DNA of 22,560 bases from NCBI GenBank assembly GCA_001563335.1, contig LRSL01000035.1, forward strand, positions 1 through 22,560. The letters run 5' to 3'. Shown one piece after another: positions 1 through 8,236 of this stretch. A model generated the notes under the pieces. It worked only from the letters and a program-made list of their open reading frames with translations. It had not been told where the DNA came from and made no database searches. The first letter of the stretch is position 1; every line of letters begins with the position of its first letter. Source of the stretch: Candidatus Thorarchaeota archaeon SMTZ1-45. GTDB taxonomy: Archaea; Asgardarchaeota; Thorarchaeia; Thorarchaeales; Thorarchaeaceae. Position numbers and translations under genes: made by a program.

Positions 1-2
1 TC

Positions 3-320
3 TATGGTTGGTATCCAGACTTCATCGATCCAGATAACTACGGGTTCCTACCATTCGCAAGTTGGCTAAATCTAGGCTACAACAGCTCATATCCAGCAGG
101 TGGTATTGCTCAATACAACCTGTGGCAAGAGGGTAGGAGTGCTACTACTGACGCGGCCCGAGAAGCTGCCTATCTTGAATTGCAAGAATTACAGGCGGAA
201 GAATGCTCAGTGGTCCCATTATGGCAGAGTAGTACTGTGGCTGTATCAAAGCTCAATATCCAAGGTATTGTACTAGACATCACAGTAAACTGGCGTCATT
301 GGTTGGTCTATATAGGGTAG
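3..320 (+). CDS. dppA: 3' end (partial, runs off the window) of a family-5 peptide/nickel ABC substrate-binding protein
   Basis: Not in the ORF track. Frame 3 is open from the edge to TAG at 318-320: YGWYPDFIDPDNY...AREAAYLELQELQAEECSVVPLWQSSTVAVSKLNIQG...VYIG*. GWxxDxxDP and the final helix + VPL match the canonical C-terminus of SBP_bac_5 proteins. It lies directly upstream of dppBCDF. Confidence 0.88.
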   Translation, partial: YGWYPDFIDPDNYGFLPFASWLNLGYNSSYPAGGIAQYNLWQEGRSATTDAAREAAYLELQELQAEECSVVPLWQSSTVAVSKLNIQGIVLDITVNWRHWLVYIG

Positions 321-358
321 CAGAAGCACACACCCAAATTAATGTAAACTAGAGATTT

Positions 359-398
359 GGCAGGTAAACATTCCTGCCCTTCTCTTTCTCTTTTTCTC
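359..398 (+). terminator. Hairpin plus pyrimidine tract after the first binding-protein gene
   Basis: GGCAGG(359-364)-TAAACATT-CCTGCC(373-378) followed by CTTCTCTTTCTCTTTTTCTC. Confidence 0.65.
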
Positions 399-477
399 AG
401 CATATAATTAAATTACTACGCGAGTCGAAGAGCTTAAGACAGGCAATATATTCCAAAACAGGAAATTGGTGTAAGAG

Positions 478-1488
478 ATGTCGCTTAAGTCATATGTAGT
501 CACCAGGATTCTGATGACAATTCCAATGATAATGCTACTCCTGACCTTTGTATTCATCATTGTCAGAATACTTCCAGGAGACCCTGCTCTTCTCCACTTT
601 GAAAGGAATGTTAGCCCTGAAACACTTGAAGAATTTCGCAGAGTGCTTGGTTTGGATGTGCCTATCCTTCAACAATACTTCAATTACTTAGCTGGACTTC
701 CGTTTGGTGACTTTGGATTGTCAATGCAAGACTTCACTCCTATTAGTGGGCATATTGCAATAAGATTCCCTGCTACTCTTGAATTGACACTTTACTCAAT
801 GTTATTTGCAGTTCTTCTAGGAGTTGCACTAGGTGTAAAGTCAGCAAAGAATTACGACACTGCACAAGATCACGGAATCAGAATGTTTGGAATTGTTACA
901 TATGCTATTCCTGTCTTCTTCCTTGGAATGGTCTTGCAGATTGTATTCTCAATCTTTCTAAAGATATTTCCAACTGGAACACGATTTGATCCTCACTACA
1001 CTCCACCACCAACAATCACGGGAATGTATACAATTGATAGCTTACTAACTGGTAACATTTGGGGTTTTATCGTTTCAATGAGGTATTTGATTCTACCAAC
1101 AATTACCCTTGGAACAATTCTATGCGGCATATTCATTAGACTTACACGTACAAACATGCTTGAAACACTTCGACAAGATTTTGTTGTAGCTGCAGAAGCG
1201 AGAGGATTGTCTGCTAGCAAGATTACCTATACATATGCTTTGAAGAATGCCTTCTTACCAATTCTTACAATGATTGGTCTGCAGTTCGCTGCTCTTCTTG
1301 CTGGAGCTGTGCTTACAGAAACCACATTCAGTTGGCCGGGTTTAGGAACATATCTTGTTCAACGAATAGCACATAGGGATTACACAGCGATTCAAGGAGT
1401 TGTTGTCTTTTTTGGCATTCTTGTTTCTATTGTGACTTTAGTCCTTGACATCCTTTATGCATACTTGGACCCACGTATTCGGTTATGA
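478..1488 (+). CDS. dppB: Peptide/nickel ABC transporter permease (DppB/OppB)
   Basis: N-terminal RILPGDP...LGLDVP..QYFNYL..GDFGLS, RFPATLEL, EAA-loop-like DFVVAAEARGL, ETTFSWPGLG and C-terminal YAYLDPRIR. GGTG RBS upstream. Confidence 0.95.
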   Translation: MSLKSYVVTRILMTIPMIMLLLTFVFIIVRILPGDPALLHFERNVSPETLEEFRRVLGLDVPILQQYFNYLAGLPFGDFGLSMQDFTPISGHIAIRFPATLELTLYSMLFAVLLGVALGVKSAKNYDTAQDHGIRMFGIVTYAIPVFFLGMVLQIVFSIFLKIFPTGTRFDPHYTPPPTITGMYTIDSLLTGNIWGFIVSMRYLILPTITLGTILCGIFIRLTRTNMLETLRQDFVVAAEARGLSASKITYTYALKNAFLPILTMIGLQFAALLAGAVLTETTFSWPGLGTYLVQRIAHRDYTAIQGVVVFFGILVSIVTLVLDILYAYLDPRIRL

Positions 1489-1500
1489 GGTGAAGAAGAA

Positions 1501-2769
1501 ATGTCTCAACAATCTAAGGCAATCAGCGGCGTCTTTTATTTCCTCATACCAAATACTGGTGATTGGAAGGAAAAATCTCGTAATTTCCTCATTGGACTAG
1601 CGGTTGTATTAATCGGGTCACTTCTGATTGTTGCAACCTTCATAGGTCTCTCCGTTCGTTCGAATAGCGGAATCGGTCTCTGGGTTATTGGATATACCAT
1701 TCTCTGTGCGTTTGTCATACTTCTTTCAAGCGCTTATAGGAGGTACAAAATATCCGAGAACCGGATGACTCCAAGGAGAGGTTGGTTGTTTATTGTAATA
1801 GTTTTCATAATAATAGGATTCGTTTCTGCAATGGTTGGATTCTTTTGGGTTCCAGAAAGCGAAGGGAGTCTATCTTCAGCTCTAGTCTTGGGAGGAACAG
1901 TTCTTGGCATCATTGTTATTCTCCTTTATGAGGGCTATCCACTACTGGAGGATAGAGGGTCTCCGGGATATGTCACTCTAGCAGGTCTATTGATTGTGTT
2001 CGCTGTCGTATATATGACTGCAGTTTCTTGGTGGATTGTACCATTCGACCCAACAGAACTGGATGTTGGACCCTATGGTGCTCCCCCGTCGGACCGGTTC
2101 CCACTCGGTACAACATCACTTGGGCAAGATCTATTGAGCAGAACTATTGCTGGTGGAGGCATAATGCTGCAAGTTGCAGTATTATCGGTCATAGTCTGTT
2201 TTTCAATTGGAGTTCCATTAGGCCTCGGAGCATCATATAGAGGTGGCTCAACTGACAAAGTTTCTTCTCTTATTATGGACAGCATCTTTGCTTTTCCAGG
2301 CTTGGTTCTGGCAATTGCCATCGCTGCAATGCTCGGTCCGGGAGTGGCAAATATGGCTCTTGCAATTGCTGTTGTGTATATACCCTCATACTTCAGAGTG
2401 ATTCGAAGTCAAGTTCTAACTATAAAGGAGCTTCCATATGTAGAAGCAGCTATTGTTTTGGGAGCGAGGGACAGAGATATTCTATTTCGATACATATTAC
2501 CTAACGTGCTCCCCTCAGCTGTTGTAGTAATGTCAATCAACTTCGCTGATGCAGTGTTAACTGCAGCGGGTTTAACTTTCGTTGGTCTAGGATTACCTGT
2601 AGATGTTCCAGATTGGGGATGGGATTTAACATTTGGTTCCCATCAGTATATTGCTGGAAAGTGGTGGGTAATCTCGTTTCCAGGGTTAATGATTGTGATT
2701 CTTGCTCTTGGATTCACATTAGCAGGTGAAGGATTGAACGAAGTACTAACGCCAAAACTAAAGGAGTGA
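1501..2769 (+). CDS. dppC: Peptide/nickel ABC transporter permease (DppC/OppC) with an extra N-terminal 4-TM domain
   Basis: PLGTTSLGQDLLSR, DSIFAFPGLVLA, YVEAAIVLGA, ILPN, PDWG and GEGLNEVLTPK motifs. GAGGTGA RBS overlaps the dppB stop. About 150 extra hydrophobic residues precede the core. Confidence 0.93.
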   Translation: MSQQSKAISGVFYFLIPNTGDWKEKSRNFLIGLAVVLIGSLLIVATFIGLSVRSNSGIGLWVIGYTILCAFVILLSSAYRRYKISENRMTPRRGWLFIVIVFIIIGFVSAMVGFFWVPESEGSLSSALVLGGTVLGIIVILLYEGYPLLEDRGSPGYVTLAGLLIVFAVVYMTAVSWWIVPFDPTELDVGPYGAPPSDRFPLGTTSLGQDLLSRTIAGGGIMLQVAVLSVIVCFSIGVPLGLGASYRGGSTDKVSSLIMDSIFAFPGLVLAIAIAAMLGPGVANMALAIAVVYIPSYFRVIRSQVLTIKELPYVEAAIVLGARDRDILFRYILPNVLPSAVVVMSINFADAVLTAAGLTFVGLGLPVDVPDWGWDLTFGSHQYIAGKWWVISFPGLMIVILALGFTLAGEGLNEVLTPKLKE

Positions 2770-2775
2770 TATAGG

Positions 2776-3804
2776 GTGACTGTGCTTCTTAGAATACAGA
2801 ATTTAACAGTCGAATACAAAACTCGGAGAGGTACTGCCAGAGGAGTTGATAATGTATCACTTGAGCTTGAGGAAAACCGAACACTTGGATTAGCTGGGGA
2901 AAGTGGTTGTGGCAAAAGCACGCTCGGTAGGTCGATAATGAAATTAGTTCCATACCCTGGTCAGATCGTCAGTGGTCGTATAGAGATGCTTCTTCATGAT
3001 CATGTCAAGTATCTGAAAGGCGTGATAGAGAGAGGCATTGTAAACATCATTGATCTAAATGAGGATCAGATGAGAGGCCTTCGAGGTAAAGAGATAGCAT
3101 ATATCTTTCAAGACCCGATGACGTCTTTGAATCCAATGATCACAATTGAAACACACTTTAAAGAGATAATGAAGGCACATTATCCAGACATTGAAGAAGA
3201 GGAGATAATTGGAAGAGCATACGAAATTCTAGATGGTCTTGGAATTTTGCCTGAGAGAATTACAGACTATCCTCATCAGTTTAGTGGCGGGATGAGACAA
3301 CGTGTAATGATTGGACTTGGACTTGCGCTGCGGCCAAAACTACTGATAGCTGATGAACCTACAACATCCCTTGATGTGATTGTGGAAGCTCAGATACTTG
3401 AGGAGGTAGCTGAACTAAAGGATGTGTTCAATCTCACAATGATTCTCATCACTCATAATCTTGGTGTATTAGCTCAAACAGCAGATGACATAGCCATAAT
3501 GTATGCTGGAAGAGTAATGGAACTCTCTTCCACCGAATCACTTTTCGATGATCCGTTACACCCCTATGCTAAAGCACTTCTGGAATCAGTCCCAGATGTG
3601 ACCCATCCAGAGAAAAAACTATCATGGATTCCAGGCGCACCTCCGGATTTAACTGATCCCATACCAGGTTGCATGTACAATCCAAGATGTCCGCATGCAA
3701 TGGATATCTGCAGGACAGTTCAACCAGACTTAATCACGGTTGATGGGGGTAGGCTTGTGGCGTGCCATCTTTTTGGAGGAGAGAAATCACATGGCACTAG
3801 TTGA
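2776..3804 (+). CDS. dppD: Peptide ABC transporter ATPase (DppD/OppD)
   Basis: Walker A GESGCGKS, Q-loop IFQDP, signature FSGGMRQR, Walker B LLIADEPTT, H-loop ITHN, C-terminal HPY...GCxxxPRC...C...CH domain. GTG start. Confidence 0.95.
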   Translation: MTVLLRIQNLTVEYKTRRGTARGVDNVSLELEENRTLGLAGESGCGKSTLGRSIMKLVPYPGQIVSGRIEMLLHDHVKYLKGVIERGIVNIIDLNEDQMRGLRGKEIAYIFQDPMTSLNPMITIETHFKEIMKAHYPDIEEEEIIGRAYEILDGLGILPERITDYPHQFSGGMRQRVMIGLGLALRPKLLIADEPTTSLDVIVEAQILEEVAELKDVFNLTMILITHNLGVLAQTADDIAIMYAGRVMELSSTESLFDDPLHPYAKALLESVPDVTHPEKKLSWIPGAPPDLTDPIPGCMYNPRCPHAMDICRTVQPDLITVDGGRLVACHLFGGEKSHGTS

Positions 3805-4774
3805 AGTCAGAAATATCAAGAAATACTTCCCAGTAACGAAGGGAATTATTGACGCTCTATTAGCGCGAGAAGAGGAGTTCGTAAGAGCCGTGGATGGTAT
3901 CTCCTTTGAGATTGAAAAAGGAGAAGTTCTTGGACTTGCTGGGGAGAGTGGATCAGGCAAAACAACAACTGGAAGATTGTGTGTCAGACTTATCAGACCA
4001 ACTGAGGGAGAAATCATCTACAATGGGAAAGACATTGCAAAACTGAAAGGAAAGGAGCTACGTTCTATACGCAGGCGAATCCAATTCACATTCCAAGATC
4101 CTACATCCTCTCTCAATCCAAGACTCAAGATTGGAGATGCAATTGGAGATGCACTCAGACTTCAAGGTATTGGCTCAACTGAAGAGAGGAAAGAACGTAC
4201 TGAAGATGTGCTCGAACGTGTTGGTCTCTCGCCAGCCAAATCATTCTACAATAGACTGCCTCACCAACTTTCTGGAGGACAAAAACAACGTGTTGTTTTT
4301 GGAAGAGCAATAATTCTCAATCCGGAATTTGTAGTCACAGATGAGCCTGTGGCTATGGTTGACGTGTCGATTAAGGCTCAAATCCTCGACCTGATGATGG
4401 ATTTAAAGAAAGAGCTTGATCTAACATATCTGTTCATCTCACATGATCTTGCTACCTCAAGGCATGTATGTGATAGGATTGCAATAATGTATCTTGGAAA
4501 AATAGTTGAAGTAGCGGATAAAGATCGTATCTATGAAGATCCTCTTCATCCATATGCAGTTGGACTTATGAGTGCGATTCCAATTCCTGATCCCAAAGTA
4601 AAGAAGACAGAAGCCGTTCCTCGAGGAGAAATTCCAAGTCCAATCAATCCACCAAGTGGTTGCAGATTTCACCCTAGATGCCCAAAAGTCTTTGAAAGAT
4701 GCCCTAATGAGGAACCAGAGCTTAGAAACCTAGGTAATGGAAGACAAGTCGCATGTCACTTATATGATTACTAA
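3791..4774 (+). CDS. dppF: Peptide ABC transporter ATPase (DppF/OppF)
   Basis: GESGSGKT, FQDP, LSGGQKQR, TDEPV, ISHD, HPY and GCRFHPRC...VACH. Start moved from 3740 to ATG 3791 because of GGAGGA at 3775-3780; overlaps dppD by 14 nt. Confidence 0.95.
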   Translation: MALVEVRNIKKYFPVTKGIIDALLAREEEFVRAVDGISFEIEKGEVLGLAGESGSGKTTTGRLCVRLIRPTEGEIIYNGKDIAKLKGKELRSIRRRIQFTFQDPTSSLNPRLKIGDAIGDALRLQGIGSTEERKERTEDVLERVGLSPAKSFYNRLPHQLSGGQKQRVVFGRAIILNPEFVVTDEPVAMVDVSIKAQILDLMMDLKKELDLTYLFISHDLATSRHVCDRIAIMYLGKIVEVADKDRIYEDPLHPYAVGLMSAIPIPDPKVKKTEAVPRGEIPSPINPPSGCRFHPRCPKVFERCPNEEPELRNLGNGRQVACHLYDY

Positions 4775-5082
4775 CGCTGGATGAGACCCTTGTTTCTGAG
4801 ACGCTTTACACGTTCTGCTACCTTTTCTCTCTCCTTAGAGAGTGTGTTGCTTTCAATGATAAGTTTCAACAATGAACTTGCATATTCAGACTCTGGAAAA
4901 TGACCTCGACGTAGGTCATGCTCAAGACGCATTCTTTTAGTTTTAATCTCATCAATCGCCTTGCCCAAACTACGAAGTCGGATCTCCATGAATGTAAGTG
5001 ACTTTGAGTTATTCTTTGAGCGATCTATTTTTCCCCATGATATACTGCTATCGCTAGCTGTCGTAGCACTATCTCGCCTCAT
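4771..5082 (-). CDS. Hypothetical 103-aa basic helical/coiled-coil protein (SHOCT/steadiness-box-like hairpin)
   Basis: Fills an otherwise empty space, has a GAGG RBS-like element upstream of the ATG and amphipathic heptad patterning (LEHDLRRGHFPESEY). Its stop overlaps the convergent dppF stop (4771-4774). Confidence 0.7.
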   Translation of the reverse strand: MRRDSATTASDSSISWGKIDRSKNNSKSLTFMEIRLRSLGKAIDEIKTKRMRLEHDLRRGHFPESEYASSLLKLIIESNTLSKEREKVAERVKRLRNKGLIQR

Positions 5083-5097
5083 CTTATTATGCCTCAG

Positions 5098-5200
5098 ATT
5101 CTATAATATATATTCATATATCATATAAAATATTCTATTATATTAACATAACATAATAAATATCCATAAATATTTGTTAGTGGGTATTAATATGCTTGAC
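5098..5200. promoter_or_regulatory. Extremely AT-rich divergent promoter region
   Basis: No G on the + strand from 5098 to 5175, only 8 C in 5101-5170, several TATA-like hexamers. Lies between divergently oriented genes. Confidence 0.55.
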
Positions 5201-5273
5201 TAAGGATTTCAATTCCATCACAATGTTCTAATGGTTGTTTCGTAAGGAATATTGTATCACATCAATCGACAAG

Positions 5274-6575
5274 ATGGTAAGGAAATTCGCAGGCACATTG
5301 GAGCTTAATGCATTGAGGGATGCACAAAAAAGCACGCAAGGGAAGGTAGTTTCATATAAGAAAATACTAGATCTGCCAAAAATCCTCACACGCCCAGCTC
5401 CATCAATTACTGAAGGTGGACATAGGAGAAGAGCAAGATTTCTGAGAACTGCTTTGTTCACTGGAGTTTGTGTCTTTCCAATCTTACAATATACGAGTGA
5501 TCCTGTTCAGGGAATTCCGTTTTACTCAGTTTTGGCAATATATTCAGCTGTCGTGTACCTTTTGAGTGGCACCACTCATCTTAGGTTAGCATCAGCAATG
5601 ACCTTAATCTGCGCTGCATGTATCCCTCTTGTAACTATTACTATATATCCAAGTTGGACAAGAGGGATGTTAGCCTTTCAGATGTTGACATGGCCAGTAC
5701 TTACTGTTCTCTTGGCGACTCAACTAATCTCAATTAAAAAACAATCATTGCTTGTGGGTGGTTTATTCATTGCTTTGATAATTGTATCAATTTCACATCC
5801 AGGTATCTATGTTGTAGATGCAATAGAATCAATTGCAGTTTTCATAGCAATAGCAATTCTGTTGATGTTCACATCATGGAATCAGGACTATTATGTAACA
5901 GGTCTCGAGAAAAGTAATAGGAATCTTGATGCAAGACATAAGGAATTAGAAATTTACACAAGCTTATTGAGACATGACCTCAGTAATGATGTACAGATGA
6001 TACTTGGTGGAATTGAGCTTTCACAGATGTCAGATGGTGAGCCAAAACAAGCAGCATTCCTCGAATCAACATATGCTGCAGCTCAGAGAATGCGAAGTCT
6101 TCTTCACATATTCTCATTATCTGAAGCTGAGATGGACTCAGACATTGTAACAGTAATAGAAAAAATAGGAAAACGAGCGGAGATAGCATTCAAGGGGATG
6201 CTCGTTTCTGTCAATGTTTCAAATGATGTTCGTCAACACTCTCCAAAATACGGAAGGTTGGTTGCATTAGCATTCGAAAATCTACTCCGTAATTCAGCCC
6301 AACATGCTGGGAACGACCCAAGTGTCGAAATCACAATTTCTAAGACTGGTGAATCTCTTGAAGTTACGTTTGGTGATGATGGTCCAGGTATAGAACCTAC
6401 AATTCGCGAGAACCTATTTGAGAGAGGGGTATCAACAGGACCCGAGGGTAAAGGACTGGGACTGTATCTTGCAAAGAAGATAATCGAGTCAGAGAATGGT
6501 TCCATTGATTTATTCACAACTGGAAAACCAGGATGCTGTTTCTTAATCAAACTCCCATATGATAACAATCGATGA
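5274..6575 (+). CDS. Membrane-bound sensor histidine kinase (about 6 TM + HisKA + HATPase_c)
   Basis: H box LLRHDLSND, N box FENLLRNSAQHA, G1 DDGPGI, F box LFERG, G2 GKGLGLYLAK and six hydrophobic segments in the N-terminal half. Start uncertain (ORF opens at 5235; first ATG at 5274). Confidence 0.92.
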   Translation: MVRKFAGTLELNALRDAQKSTQGKVVSYKKILDLPKILTRPAPSITEGGHRRRARFLRTALFTGVCVFPILQYTSDPVQGIPFYSVLAIYSAVVYLLSGTTHLRLASAMTLICAACIPLVTITIYPSWTRGMLAFQMLTWPVLTVLLATQLISIKKQSLLVGGLFIALIIVSISHPGIYVVDAIESIAVFIAIAILLMFTSWNQDYYVTGLEKSNRNLDARHKELEIYTSLLRHDLSNDVQMILGGIELSQMSDGEPKQAAFLESTYAAAQRMRSLLHIFSLSEAEMDSDIVTVIEKIGKRAEIAFKGMLVSVNVSNDVRQHSPKYGRLVALAFENLLRNSAQHAGNDPSVEITISKTGESLEVTFGDDGPGIEPTIRENLFERGVSTGPEGKGLGLYLAKKIIESENGSIDLFTTGKPGCCFLIKLPYDNNR

Positions 6576-6649
6576 GTTAAACGACCTCTAGTAGCATCCT
6601 GAGAAAGAATAAATGGCATCGTGTTTATCGACCTGATGGGAGAACAGAC

Positions 6650-8224
6650 TTGACAAGTGTTCAAACTCAAATATCAAAGGTTACGGTATTTCGGGATGCT
6701 GCGCGAGTGACAAGAACAGGAAAGGTCAAACTTGAACCAGGCCCACACAAGGTTTTGGTCACAGGAATCACTAATTATGCTCAGGTAGATAGTTTTCGTG
6801 TCAAGGGTCGAGGACCAGCGAAACTATCAAGTATCGACGTACAAAGTGCATCAGAGGTCTTTGAACCTTCAGCAAACATCAAGCCACTGTATGATGAGCT
6901 GAAGGACTTGGAGAAGAAAAGAATCGGTATTCAAGATGAGATCGAGTTTCAACAAAACAGGTTTGTTCAAGTCAATAATATGGTTTCTGAATTTTCCAAT
7001 CATTTTGGTATGGTCTATGCTGCAAATGAGGGAGACATAAAATCACTAAACGAGATGGATAGAAAATCAATCAAACTTGTGAGTGAAATTCAACTTGAAA
7101 TTCGGAAGCTGAATGAAGAGCTTGAAGAATTGGATGGTAGAATGCAAGTACTAAGAGATAATATTGGTAGAATCAATTCAGAAAGGAGAACAGTTTCAAC
7201 ATATACAGTTGAGGTGACTTTGGAAGTTTCATCAGCCGCAAATATCGAATTGGAACTAACATATCAGAGTGGAGGAGCATCTTGGACTCCCCGTTATGAT
7301 GTGGATCTGTATCCTGCGAAAGCCAAACTTCGAAGACTAGCAATGGTGGTCAACCGTACTGAGGAAGACTGGAATGATGTGGATTTGATAATCTCCACTG
7401 CTACTGCTCGACCAGTAGAAGCAATTGAGGGCAGACCATTCTTTATCACGGCACATGATCCAACTACTATCGAGAAGGCTTATACAACGACTGGAAAAAT
7501 GGAGAGACGTGCAAAACCATCAGTTGCTCCTGCAGGAGTTGGAGCATTCGCACCTCCAGCACCGCCACCAGAGATAGAGGAGGAATTTGCAGATGCAATT
7601 GAAACAGTTTCTGGGATTGCTGTCTATGAGCTACCAAAGAGGATGACTATACCATCTGACTATGAACAACATCCAGTCACATTGATTGAGGAAAACCTTG
7701 ATTCTTCAACAATACACTATTGGTATGCTGAAGGAATGGCTGAAGTTGTTGCACAAGATAAGGTAGTGAATAACGACAGTGTAATTTTGCCAGGAAAAAT
7801 GAAAGTGTTTTCAGAGGGAGATTATATTGGAGAAACCTCTATCACTCAGATTTCACCTCGAGAGGAGTTCAAAATTGGTACAAGAGTTGCTTATGATGTA
7901 AAAGCAGAGAAAAAGCTTGTTGAACGTGAAATGGAGAAAGCAGGTGTTCTTCGGGGTAAACTCAGGCGTTCCTACAGATACAAACTAGAGATTCAGAATT
8001 TCTCAAAAAGAAAAATAGAGATTGAGGTGTTAGATAGAGTTCCTCACAGCCTAAGTACTGAAATTGAAGTGAAAATTGATTGGGTGAAACTGGCAGCGAA
8101 GAAACATGAACTTGGAGTGATAGAATGGTATAAAGAAATAGAGCCCGATGAAAAGACCAGCATCCAATACAATTACGAGGTGGAATGGGAGAAGGGAGTG
8201 ACGATTAGTCCGCAACTGCCCTAA
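6650..8224 (+). CDS. DUF4140/DUF4139 (mucoidy inhibitor MuiA / TIGR02231-like) protein, copy 1
   Basis: N-terminal ISKVTVFRDAARVTR, DSFRVKG, long coiled coil, LELTY..GASWTPRYD, NRTEEDWNDVDLIISTA, ILPG, IEVLDRVPHS. TTG start with GGGAG RBS. No signal peptide. Confidence 0.88.
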   Translation: MTSVQTQISKVTVFRDAARVTRTGKVKLEPGPHKVLVTGITNYAQVDSFRVKGRGPAKLSSIDVQSASEVFEPSANIKPLYDELKDLEKKRIGIQDEIEFQQNRFVQVNNMVSEFSNHFGMVYAANEGDIKSLNEMDRKSIKLVSEIQLEIRKLNEELEELDGRMQVLRDNIGRINSERRTVSTYTVEVTLEVSSAANIELELTYQSGGASWTPRYDVDLYPAKAKLRRLAMVVNRTEEDWNDVDLIISTATARPVEAIEGRPFFITAHDPTTIEKAYTTTGKMERRAKPSVAPAGVGAFAPPAPPPEIEEEFADAIETVSGIAVYELPKRMTIPSDYEQHPVTLIEENLDSSTIHYWYAEGMAEVVAQDKVVNNDSVILPGKMKVFSEGDYIGETSITQISPREEFKIGTRVAYDVKAEKKLVEREMEKAGVLRGKLRRSYRYKLEIQNFSKRKIEIEVLDRVPHSLSTEIEVKIDWVKLAAKKHELGVIEWYKEIEPDEKTSIQYNYEVEWEKGVTISPQLP

Positions 8225-8236
8225 GGAGGAGAGATG

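Noticed and set aside
5098-5200. Replication origin
   Set aside because: AT-rich, but there are no ORB/G-string repeats and no initiator gene nearby.
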